Position numbers and translations under genes: made by a program. Shown one piece after another: positions 16,139 through 24,700 of a DNA stretch of 29,609 bases. The stretch is from a virus (lineage: Duplodnaviria > Caudoviricetes). Numbering within the stretch: position 1 is the first letter of the stretch; every line of letters begins with the position of its first letter. The notes under the pieces are model-generated. The model was not told the DNA's origin. It was given only the letters and a program-made list of their open reading frames with translations, and ran no database searches. The stretch is from positions 1 through 29,609 of the IMG/VR virus record IMGVR_UViG_3300020413_000049. One strand, written 5' to 3'.

Positions 16139-17775
16139 GGCACTGCTGTAAATTTGTTTCCATTTGCATCACCAGTGTTTAGCAAATGATTATACATTGT
16201 TGAATTTCCTTGCTTCATATTTTTTGCAGATATTCTAATTTCAAATTTTGTTGTATCATATGCATCTATATTTGTTGCTCCAATTGGATCTCCTTTCTTT
16301 TTTTTAATCATTCTAGCATTTGATTCTAATAAGGCAATTGGTACAACCGTAATTATAAAAAATGGAGTCGCTGGTTGCATATCTAATAATGATCCAATAG
16401 AATCAGCTGTTTGTTGATTTGTAGCAGATTGAACTTTATTGAGAAAAGGATCAGCTGATGCAACAGAACTACCTCTATTAAATCCATAGTTTTCTGCATA
16501 AACAAATTCATTAGTTGCTGGATCTACAAATGGTACTGAAGTTGTATCACCTCTATTTAATAATGTTAAATGCCATCCCCAATCAGGTTCATTAGTTCCT
16601 GATTTATTTGGTGTAGTGCTTGGAATATAAGCTTTAAAATCAGATCCATCTGGAGCTCCTGTACTAGTGGTATTCATATGTCCAGCCCATCTTTTCTGAA
16701 CATGATCTGGTGGTCTCCATTTATATGGATTTGAAGCAGTACCATCAGGTAAATTAAATTGGTTAACTCCGTATTTTCTTAAATTAGGAAGCCACCATGC
16801 TTGAAGCATTAAGTTAGCAGCCATAGGTGCTGCTGCTAATAATTCAAGAGTTTCTTTAATTTTTATAAGTCTTGCAGCTTCACCAAGAGCAGTTCCATTA
16901 CCGTAGATATCATCTTTTAATGCATCTAAAAATGCTTTTAACTGTGCTTTATGTGTAGCAAGAGCTGTATCAAAAAAATTAGATCTATTTGTATCGTTTA
17001 AATCACTTCCAACCTCAGTCTGATCACTAGCACTCAAACTATTATATCCGACACCAGATGCGTTAGCAGCTTCACCAAAAATCCAATCCATACCACCCCA
17101 TGATCCATTATTGAGAAATGATAAATCAGGAACCCAACCACCACCATCAGGGTTGTCAGCTGGTGTACCATTCGTAGAACCTACACCACAAGTACCAACA
17201 TTTCCACCAAAAATTTGTGCTTGTACACTATTTCCACCTACTAGATTCCATGCTGCATGTACATGATTTGCAACTGCACCACTTAGAGGTGCTAAAAATG
17301 ACCATGTATTAGGATCAGTTTCAGTATAACCACCAGTAGCTACTTCAACCCAAATGAGTGGAGCTCCACTAGTCATTAAATCTCTTACTTGAGCAAAAGT
17401 TGTATTAACCCCACTCCACCATACGTTATTTTCATCATATTGATCACCATTACTATCTGTATCAAAAGCACCTCTTGGAAAAGAATACCAACATTGTTGA
17501 ACAAATCCTATTTGTCCGAGTTGTAAACTCATTTTAATTCTTCCAGAAGCTTGGGTATCGACTCTTCTACAATAAGGACCAAGACTATATGTTGAAGTTT
17601 GAATTTGTTGATAAAAACTTCTAAATGGTGATGGATAAGAATTAACACCTCCAAATTGCCAATTGTTCTTATTATCTCCTACATTTCCTGTGACTGGAGC
17701 ATACTTAGTCAATGGAAGCATAGGAGAAGGTTGAGCTGCTCCTACTGGTATTGGACTGGAAAATTCTGCGGTCAT
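16135..17775 (-). CDS. Hypothetical Gly/Asn/Trp-rich late protein (546 aa)
   Basis: Long ORF directly after a perfect TATAAATA, with an ATGA overlap to the next gene. No family recognised. Confidence 0.8.
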   Translation of the reverse strand: MTAEFSSPIPVGAAQPSPMLPLTKYAPVTGNVGDNKNNWQFGGVNSYPSPFRSFYQQIQTSTYSLGPYCRRVDTQASGRIKMSLQLGQIGFVQQCWYSFPRGAFDTDSNGDQYDENNVWWSGVNTTFAQVRDLMTSGAPLIWVEVATGGYTETDPNTWSFLAPLSGAVANHVHAAWNLVGGNSVQAQIFGGNVGTCGVGSTNGTPADNPDGGGWVPDLSFLNNGSWGGMDWIFGEAANASGVGYNSLSASDQTEVGSDLNDTNRSNFFDTALATHKAQLKAFLDALKDDIYGNGTALGEAARLIKIKETLELLAAAPMAANLMLQAWWLPNLRKYGVNQFNLPDGTASNPYKWRPPDHVQKRWAGHMNTTSTGAPDGSDFKAYIPSTTPNKSGTNEPDWGWHLTLLNRGDTTSVPFVDPATNEFVYAENYGFNRGSSVASADPFLNKVQSATNQQTADSIGSLLDMQPATPFFIITVVPIALLESNARMIKKKKGDPIGATNIDAYDTTKFEIRISAKNMKQGNSTMYNHLLNTGDANGNKFTAVP

Positions 17776-17791
17776 TTTAAGACTTTATATT

Positions 17792-17799
17792 TATTTATA
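17792..17799 (-). promoter_or_regulatory. T4-type late promoter
   Basis: Exact TATAAATA overlapping the gp3 stop codon, 16 nt upstream of the ATG at 17775. Confidence 0.75.
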
Positions 17800-18841
17800 G
17801 ATCAATTGTAGAAGAATCTGTTTCTTCTAAAAATGTAGGTGGACAATGTAGAGTAGATATTGTATCGGAATAAGTACCTTGATTTGGTTGTAATAACCAG
17901 AATGTTCTATTTGGCCAATTACCTCTGAATGTAGCCCACTTAGCTTCCATACCAGCATGTGATTGACTACCCATATTTTCATCAATAATAGCTATACATG
18001 TTCGATCCGCACTTGTCGGCATTATGTTTTCTGGAACACTAATTGTAGTTGAGGCAGTGGATGTAGTACCATCAAAACCTGTTGCGGTAATTGTGTATGT
18101 AATACTACCGCCTGGTGCTGCAGCTTTTACTGTAGCATACGGAATAGTTTTTGTTCCATTGTCTAGAGGTACAGTTCCTACTCCATTATCAATCACCAAG
18201 AATCTTGCATTGGATGATGTGTATGTTAAAATTAAATCTGTACCAGATGAAAGTGAACCACTTACATTGTTTGCAATTGTTACAGTTTCATTTTCCGCTG
18301 CAACAAGTGAAGATTTACTTAGATCTATTATATCATAAATGGTATATTTAAAAACTGCGTCTGCGGAAAAATATTCTGTATCTGTATATCCACTATCAAA
18401 ACTTAATCCACCGATACTAACTGGAAATAAGTCTTTGAATTTAACTTCAAATTTGTGTTTAAAATTAGAATCTAAGATAAACAAACTTCCGTCAGAGTAA
18501 GACATCTCATCATAATCTTCTCCTGTTAGATATGTTTCTCTATCCTGACCTGAGCCTGGATGACCTAGACCACGAATCCAATTATGTAACGATGTATAAT
18601 TATTTAATTTTTCATCTACTAAAAATCTTATTTGTAAATCATCAAAATTTATTTCATCGCCTGGTTGCGGAATTGTATTAAATCTAGTAGCCTGCATTGC
18701 AGTTGCTAAATTCATGCCTGGAACATTTACTGACTGACAGAAAAAAGCAACATTAGGAAGTTTTTGTAATTGAAATTGGAATCCAATCCCCGACAGAAAA
18801 TTCTGTGGACTATTAGGATTAGATACAAAATTAGCTGACAT
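17795..18841 (-). CDS. gp3: Tail completion / sheath stabiliser gp3 with a ~175 aa C-terminal extension
   Basis: First ~172 aa match gp3 (NFLSGIGFQF, FFCQSVNVPG, FLVDEKLNNY..LHNWIRGLG, FKDLFPVSIGGLSFD, FKYTIYDI) at its usual position after gp23, followed by extra domains. Confidence 0.85.
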   Translation of the reverse strand: MSANFVSNPNSPQNFLSGIGFQFQLQKLPNVAFFCQSVNVPGMNLATAMQATRFNTIPQPGDEINFDDLQIRFLVDEKLNNYTSLHNWIRGLGHPGSGQDRETYLTGEDYDEMSYSDGSLFILDSNFKHKFEVKFKDLFPVSIGGLSFDSGYTDTEYFSADAVFKYTIYDIIDLSKSSLVAAENETVTIANNVSGSLSSGTDLILTYTSSNARFLVIDNGVGTVPLDNGTKTIPYATVKAAAPGGSITYTITATGFDGTTSTASTTISVPENIMPTSADRTCIAIIDENMGSQSHAGMEAKWATFRGNWPNRTFWLLQPNQGTYSDTISTLHCPPTFLEETDSSTIDL

Positions 18842-18855
18842 TGAACTTTTTTAAC

Positions 18856-18862
18856 TATTTAG
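18856..18862 (-). promoter_or_regulatory. Late promoter (CTAAATA) for gp3
   Basis: TAAATA core immediately downstream of the gp23 terminator. Confidence 0.55.
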
Positions 18863-18864
18863 AC

Positions 18865-18892
18865 AAAAAAAGAGACCCTTGTGGGTCTCTTT
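18865..18892 (-). terminator. Rho-independent terminator after gp23
   Basis: AAAGAGACCC-ttgt-GGGTCTCTTT hairpin (18869-18892) running into a U-tract on the minus strand. Confidence 0.9.
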
Positions 18893-18910
18893 AGAAATAT
18901 GTAACTTGAC

Positions 18911-20272
18911 TTACATTAGGTTAAGAACTCTTGTACGTCTGTAGTATACGTTATCATTTGCAGTTAAAGCACCACTTCTTTGAGTAGTTCCACCAGCAAA
19001 TGGGTTTGATACCATTCCGTAACGAGTCTTGAATCCGATTTTTGGTTGGAATGTGTCCTGACCAATCGCTCTCACCATTTGGAGAGGAACGTAAGGGCAA
19101 TAGAAAAGTCCAGCATCATATGCACTAGAACCTTTGTAACCCATAACGTAGTAATGATCATCTGAAATGTTAGCAGAATATGGATCAACATAAACCTTGA
19201 TGCGTCCGTTAAGAACACCAGCAAAAGTTGACTCAGTATCGTCTGGAGTACCACTTGTAGAAAGAGCTGGAGTGTAATCTAATACACCTGCCATGTTAAG
19301 AGCACTAGCAACGTCAGCAGAACAGACGATGAAGTTACCCTTTCCTCTACGAGTCTCATGACCGATTGCGTTTGCATCTCGTTCAATCTGGTAGATAAGT
19401 CCTTTGAACTTCTCAACTGACCAACGACCATTACTGTCAACGTCTAAGTCGAATGAACCACTGTTTGCAACGTTGGACTGAGCACCAGGCTTAGCAACAA
19501 CGTAGATAGTTCTCACAACTTCACGGTTGATTTCAGCAAGAACCTCTGTTGAGAGGATGTTCGCAAGTTCAGTCTCAGCGTCAAGACCATGAATTGCTTT
19601 CAAGTCTTGAGCAAGTTCTAAACTGTACTCAGCTTTTAGCGCACGTGCTTTCGCTTCAACAGTTACTTTCTCGATAGAGAATGACATCTCTCTGAAAGCA
19701 CCTGTGTTATCTCCAAGACCCTCAAGGGTTGCAGTGTTCATACCACCTGTAGCAGCATAGTTGCCAGGAGATGCAGCGTTAAGAACTGATGGGTTTGTTG
19801 CAGCTTCACCAGTTGCAGCAGAGTATGCACCACCACCAGCAGAGAAACCAGATGGAACTTCATCATAGAAAGTTTCATTGGTAAACACGTTAGGTGTTGC
19901 ACCGTTACCATCTCTGTCTGTACCACGATGAGCACGCATTGCGAATATAAGTCCAGTAGGACCACTCATTGGTTGTACACCAGCGATATCATATGCCATT
20001 AACTTAGGCATTGATCTTCTTATCAATGAGATAAGAACAGGGTCAAAACCAGCAACAGGACCTGCACCAGCAGCAGAACCACTGAATCCACCTGTACCAG
20101 CACTCATTGTAGGATCTTCATAAAGAACTGAACGCTCTTCACGAAGGAATTTTTCTTGGTTTTCTAATAGAATAGCTGTAACAGCTTTTCTATGATTATC
20201 TTTTACGTCCTCAAGACCAGTGTGCTCCAGTATGGGCTTCCACTTTTCTTGAAGTTTTTCCGAATTGTACAT
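18911..20272 (-). CDS. gp23: Major capsid protein
   Basis: AILLENQE, FDPVLISLIRRSMP, GVQPMSGPTGLIFAMR, LKAEYSLELAQDLKAIHGLDAE, FYCPYVPLQM, FQPKIGFKTRYG. Confidence 0.99.
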   Translation of the reverse strand: MYNSEKLQEKWKPILEHTGLEDVKDNHRKAVTAILLENQEKFLREERSVLYEDPTMSAGTGGFSGSAAGAGPVAGFDPVLISLIRRSMPKLMAYDIAGVQPMSGPTGLIFAMRAHRGTDRDGNGATPNVFTNETFYDEVPSGFSAGGGAYSAATGEAATNPSVLNAASPGNYAATGGMNTATLEGLGDNTGAFREMSFSIEKVTVEAKARALKAEYSLELAQDLKAIHGLDAETELANILSTEVLAEINREVVRTIYVVAKPGAQSNVANSGSFDLDVDSNGRWSVEKFKGLIYQIERDANAIGHETRRGKGNFIVCSADVASALNMAGVLDYTPALSTSGTPDDTESTFAGVLNGRIKVYVDPYSANISDDHYYVMGYKGSSAYDAGLFYCPYVPLQMVRAIGQDTFQPKIGFKTRYGMVSNPFAGGTTQRSGALTANDNVYYRRTRVLNLM

Positions 20273-20318
20273 GTTAACTATAACTCCGTAAGTTAGTTTA
20301 ATTGTTTGGAATCTTTAT

Positions 20319-20325
20319 TATTTAG
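20319..20325 (-). promoter_or_regulatory. Late promoter (CTAAATA) for gp23
   Basis: TAAATA core in the gp22-gp23 gap, with a GGAG RBS downstream. Confidence 0.6.
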
Positions 20326-20333
20326 AAGGAAAC

Positions 20334-21329
20334 TTACTTCCAACGATCAATCGCAGCTGCGTATGCAGACATCGGACCGTTTAAAGGTTGGTCTTCCTTT
20401 TGTTCTTCCGCCAGATCTTCACTTTGCGTGACAGGCTTCTTAGGGAAATAACTCTCCTTAAGAGTACCTACTTTTTCACGATAAGATTCTTCACTTTCAA
20501 ACTCTACACTCTCAACTAAGGAGTTAAACTTCTCTTTTTGTGTTTGAGCAAGACCTTCGGACACTTCACTTACAATTCCATTTTTAATATACTGTCCAAG
20601 TGCTTTATTTAGCTCAACATTTTTTTCGATCTGTTCATTGAGTTTACCTTCCATTTCATCAATCTGTTCTGTCATTCCTTCTAGAACATCATATTTGTCG
20701 TCTGGGATATCAATGTAATTTTCACTAAAGAGGTTCCTCAAACCAGTGATGAACTCTTCTGTGATTTCATTGCGAAGGCCTGAATCAATGGCGAGATGGT
20801 TCTCTTTAACCCATTGTTCGGCAACATAATCTAAATGAGCATCTACTCTTGCTTCCATTGATTCCTTTACGGACTCAACTTCTTTTGCAAGTTTTTCTTC
20901 GTAGTCACTCTCAAACTTTTCGACTTGCTCAACGACTTTTGCTTTTACAGCGGCTTCAAAAATCGTAGCAGCCTTTTTTTGGAACTCTTCACTGAGTTCT
21001 TCACCTTGTAGAAGTGCGTTAACATCTTGAGATACGTCAACTGTAATCTCTTCTGTCTCCTCTACTTCTTCGGCAACCTTACCAGATGCTTTAGAAGGTT
21101 TTGCCTTAATAGACTTATCTCCTTCAAATTTAGCAGCAGCGGCAGCTTTTTTACCGATTGACTTAGGATCGTCAGGTACAACTACTGGGCCGCCGAGATC
21201 ATCAGCGCTACCAGATTGGCCTGGAGTAGGATCGGTCAATGTTTTTGGAGCCTTATCACCCGCTTCTGCGTTTTTGGTGATAGGATTTGACTCCTCTATT
21301 TTTTCTTTTTCTTTAACGTCAACAGCCAT
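20334..21329 (-). CDS. gp22: Prohead core scaffold protein
   Basis: Acidic coiled coil with LSEEFQKKAATIFEAAV, YVAEQWVKEN, LKESYF and MSAYAAAI. Lies between gp21 and gp23. Confidence 0.93.
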   Translation of the reverse strand: MAVDVKEKEKIEESNPITKNAEAGDKAPKTLTDPTPGQSGSADDLGGPVVVPDDPKSIGKKAAAAAKFEGDKSIKAKPSKASGKVAEEVEETEEITVDVSQDVNALLQGEELSEEFQKKAATIFEAAVKAKVVEQVEKFESDYEEKLAKEVESVKESMEARVDAHLDYVAEQWVKENHLAIDSGLRNEITEEFITGLRNLFSENYIDIPDDKYDVLEGMTEQIDEMEGKLNEQIEKNVELNKALGQYIKNGIVSEVSEGLAQTQKEKFNSLVESVEFESEESYREKVGTLKESYFPKKPVTQSEDLAEEQKEDQPLNGPMSAYAAAIDRWK

Positions 21330-21368
21330 TTGGAAAATCCTCTTTGGAAAATGTGTATTTTCTAATAA

Positions 21369-21376
21369 TATTTATT
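21369..21376 (-). promoter_or_regulatory. Late promoter (AATAAATA) for gp22
   Basis: NATAAATA overlapping the gp21 stop codon. Confidence 0.7.
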
Positions 21377-22022
21377 AAAGTTTTAGGTTACGGAGTAGGT
21401 TTTCAAAAGCTTTTAACTTTTTCTCCGTTAATTGATCAACACTTGCGTTGTCAATATCCCTTTTTACGGCGGCAATTTGTGATTCTTCCCAACCACTATT
21501 CCATACCCAATCTTTACCTTCCATGATACCTTCTACAAAAGCATCTGGGGCAGATGGATCCGCAACAATATCAGCGGCGGTAGCTAACATGAAGTCGTCT
21601 TTAACAACATTCATATCACCTCTCCTTTCAATTGAACCTAAACCTCTGGATGATACACCAAGTTTTACTCCTTCATCTAGAAGGTTCTTAGCAATCTTAC
21701 CCATAGGAGTTTCAAGGATTTTCGCTTTACCGATAAAGTTATTACCCTCTTGTCTCAAGGAAACAATTTTATGTGATACTCTGTCTAGATTAATTTGTGG
21801 GCCATCAGGATGACCTAATTCTCCTAGAGCTCTACCTTTTGAAACGTAACTCTCATTATAAGTATCAACTTCACGCTGCAAAGTATCTATTGGATACATT
21901 CTTCCGTTGCGATTTTTTATTTCGCCTTGAAGAAATACACCTTCAATAAAATGACTTGTTTTACCACCGTTGTCTTCGGTTAAAAAATTAACCTCAACGA
22001 TTTCTTCAGCTATCAGTTTCAT
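21375..22022 (-). CDS. gp21: Prohead protease
   Basis: NRNGRMY, ALGELGHP, VSHKI, LGVSSRGLGS, DIVADPSAPDAFV. Confidence 0.97.
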   Translation of the reverse strand: MKLIAEEIVEVNFLTEDNGGKTSHFIEGVFLQGEIKNRNGRMYPIDTLQREVDTYNESYVSKGRALGELGHPDGPQINLDRVSHKIVSLRQEGNNFIGKAKILETPMGKIAKNLLDEGVKLGVSSRGLGSIERRGDMNVVKDDFMLATAADIVADPSAPDAFVEGIMEGKDWVWNSGWEESQIAAVKRDIDNASVDQLTEKKLKAFENLLRNLKL

Positions 22023-22329
22023 GTTCTGTTTCGTCTGTGTTTACAGTTTCACTAGGTTCAGATTCATCACTTTGATTAGTGTCCACTTGAACAATGGGTT
22101 CTACCTTATCGTAAGCATCCGTATCGGGTTGCTCTTGATCAGGACCATTGAACATGGTTTTTGCAATCTGAGCTTTTCTCGCAGTGATATATTCAGCGCT
22201 CTTTCCGTACAACTGATTATAAATTTTCTCGTTCGCATTATGATGATCTTTGTTTAAGATATCTGCTATAATCGGGTCGTTTATAATTTCATCCGTTGAT
22301 GAATTTGGAGCTACTTCAGATTCGGGCAT
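22006..22329 (-). CDS. Small acidic protein, probable prohead core component (gp67/68 position)
   Basis: 107 aa acidic ORF between gp20 and gp21, preceded by a late promoter. Confidence 0.6.
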   Translation of the reverse strand: MPESEVAPNSSTDEIINDPIIADILNKDHHNANEKIYNQLYGKSAEYITARKAQIAKTMFNGPDQEQPDTDAYDKVEPIVQVDTNQSDESEPSETVNTDETEHETDS

Positions 22330-22355
22330 AATAAAAAATCATGTATTACAACTAT

Positions 22356-22363
22356 TATTTATC
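22356..22363 (-). promoter_or_regulatory. Late promoter (GATAAATA)
   Basis: NATAAATA overlapping the gp20 stop codon. Confidence 0.7.
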
Positions 22364-23996
22364 AGATATCGCCCTTACCGTAATCGTTTGGGGATATCAT
22401 GGAGGAAAATGCGGAGTCTAAATCTGACCCTCCAGAACCAGCTCCGTCACCTTCTGGTGGCATTTCTCCCTCTTCACCACCCATGGCATCCATTGCTGCC
22501 ATTGGGTCTTGAATAATTCCCATTTCTTTTTCTTTTTCTATTTGTGCATCTATTTCTTCAATTTCATCTTCAGTTTGTTTGAGTATCTGCCTGCGTACAT
22601 AATCGACAGAATAATATTTACCGAGGAAAGGTTCCACCATATTGACTGCATTTAATCTTTCAGTCAACATCTCAGTGTCTTTTAATTCTGTGAAGTGATT
22701 ATCAAAGATAAAATCAAATTGAATATCTTCTTTTAACTCTTCCCAATCATCTGGAGTAAGAATACCCTTCAGTATTAATTGAGTCTTCAGCATATCTAAG
22801 AATAATTCTGAAAAACGCTTTCTTAAACGAGCAACAAATTTAGCAAATTTTAATTCATCCCTAGTAATCTCATTTGTTCTACCTATAGTAAATGAAGATT
22901 CCTGTTCTAGTCTTGAGAGTGGGATATTTAATGACTTATATAATTTCTTCTGAAAATACTTAACGTCTTCTAGTTCACCAAGATTTTGTCCGCCTGGAAG
23001 AGTAGTAATTTCTGTTCCACGACCACCTTCTCTACGAGGCAACCAGAAATCTTCTAACATACTCATATGTTTTCTGTCATCTCTAATTTCACCAGTAGAT
23101 GAATCGTAAACAAGTTTGTTTCTGTAACGACCCATGACTTCACGGAGATATTGTTCCGCTTTCATTTTGGGTAAGTTACCTACATCAATATAGAATATTC
23201 TACGTTCTGGAGCTCTTGATATTCTGTATATAACAAGAGAGTCCTCAATCATACGAAGTTGATTGACTGATTTAATCGCTTTGTGTAAGAACGATAAAAC
23301 CATATTTCTGTTGTGATCTTGTATACCTGATGGTACATAAGAAATTGCGTCATCTGCAATTTTAATCGCATTAGTATCACTTCCCTTATATCCTCTAGGG
23401 AAATAAAGATAATAATCAACTGTTTCACCATAGTCTAACTTCATGCCAGTGCTTACAGATACTCCAGCATCTTTCTTATCTTTTTTAACTTCTCTTACTT
23501 TTTTAATTTTAAGTGCATCAATATATCTTAATTCTTTGATACCTTCTTCTGGTTTATCAAAGTCAATTAATTTATGATAAAAAATTCTACCATCAATATA
23601 CCATCTACGGAATATCTGATGAGCTCTTTTATCAAAATCTAAAAGTCTAATTATATGTTTAAATTCTTCTCTAATTTTTTTCTTAATCTTGTCACTAGCT
23701 TGTAAATTTGATAATTCTACATCTACAGGAGCATAGTCTAGATCACTACTAATAGATTCATTTATAATATCATCAATTGCTGTATCCGTTTCTGGATGTA
23801 ATGCTATTTCTCTATACTTACGAATAAATTCAAAATCATTATTATGTCTACCAACGCCATCAAGGTCCAAGTATTGACCAAAATAGGCACCAGCGGCTAC
23901 TGCCGAGGTGCCATCATCACTATCAGGAGGAGCAGGAGAATATACTTTCGCCTTTTTCTTCCTGTCTTTTATACTGAATCCAAATAGTTCTGCCAT
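22362..23996 (-). CDS. gp20: Portal vertex protein
   Basis: LFGFSI, FRRWYIDGR, IYRISRAPERRIFYIDVGNLPK, EDFWLPRREGGRGTEITTLPGGQNLGE. Confidence 0.99.
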   Translation of the reverse strand: MAELFGFSIKDRKKKAKVYSPAPPDSDDGTSAVAAGAYFGQYLDLDGVGRHNNDFEFIRKYREIALHPETDTAIDDIINESISSDLDYAPVDVELSNLQASDKIKKKIREEFKHIIRLLDFDKRAHQIFRRWYIDGRIFYHKLIDFDKPEEGIKELRYIDALKIKKVREVKKDKKDAGVSVSTGMKLDYGETVDYYLYFPRGYKGSDTNAIKIADDAISYVPSGIQDHNRNMVLSFLHKAIKSVNQLRMIEDSLVIYRISRAPERRIFYIDVGNLPKMKAEQYLREVMGRYRNKLVYDSSTGEIRDDRKHMSMLEDFWLPRREGGRGTEITTLPGGQNLGELEDVKYFQKKLYKSLNIPLSRLEQESSFTIGRTNEITRDELKFAKFVARLRKRFSELFLDMLKTQLILKGILTPDDWEELKEDIQFDFIFDNHFTELKDTEMLTERLNAVNMVEPFLGKYYSVDYVRRQILKQTEDEIEEIDAQIEKEKEMGIIQDPMAAMDAMGGEEGEMPPEGDGAGSGGSDLDSAFSSMISPNDYGKGDI

Positions 23997-24027
23997 ATTA
24001 TAAAGGGATTATCTTTCTATTCAATCC

Positions 24028-24035
24028 TATTTATC
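24028..24035 (-). promoter_or_regulatory. Late promoter (GATAAATA) for gp20
   Basis: NATAAATA overlapping the gp19 stop codon. Confidence 0.7.
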
Positions 24036-24666
24036 AGGCTTCCAAAGACGACTTTGTAACCTCGAAGTAATTATACTGAAAATCAACAGTAAATTCTTCA
24101 ATCTGATCATTAGATTCATATGAAAGATCAATCGCTGAGAGTGAAGAAGGCCATGAATCGTAGAAACGATATGCACGGACTACATCCAATCCATCAACGC
24201 CAGGAGCTTCTATGTTAGATGGTGTCTTACTTGGTTTCTGTCCATCACGACTAAGTTGATAAACAGTCATATCTCTACAATATGACTCTCCACCATCTGC
24301 TCCGTAACCGAGTTGACCAACGTTTTCTGTATGTGCGTTAATACCTCTAGACCATTTTTCAAATGCCTTTCTGATATTAAACTCACCGTCATTGATGACT
24401 GTTACTGACCAAGGCTCAAATGTCCTATCTCCAGCAACTTTTAACATACGTCCTCTATAAGGAACTTCTATTACTCCGAGACTTGAAGCAGGAATCTGTG
24501 CGGTCTTGACCATAAATTCCGCAGTTTCGGTAGCAGCTTTACTCGAATCTGTTCCGATATCAACTACTCCTTGTAATGAAGGGAAGTTAAGACGGACTAG
24601 AAACAGATTGGGGCGGGCGCCGCCCTTCACTAGTTTCGATTTAAATTCTGATATACCTTTTGCCAT
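24034..24666 (-). CDS. gp19: Tail tube protein
   Basis: GGARPNLF, RGRMLKVAGDRTFEPWSVTVIND, IEEFTVDFQYNY. Confidence 0.96.
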   Translation of the reverse strand: MAKGISEFKSKLVKGGARPNLFLVRLNFPSLQGVVDIGTDSSKAATETAEFMVKTAQIPASSLGVIEVPYRGRMLKVAGDRTFEPWSVTVINDGEFNIRKAFEKWSRGINAHTENVGQLGYGADGGESYCRDMTVYQLSRDGQKPSKTPSNIEAPGVDGLDVVRAYRFYDSWPSSLSAIDLSYESNDQIEEFTVDFQYNYFEVTKSSLEA

Positions 24667-24700
24667 GGTTTTTTATACCTCTGTGTGTTTTTTATAAAGA

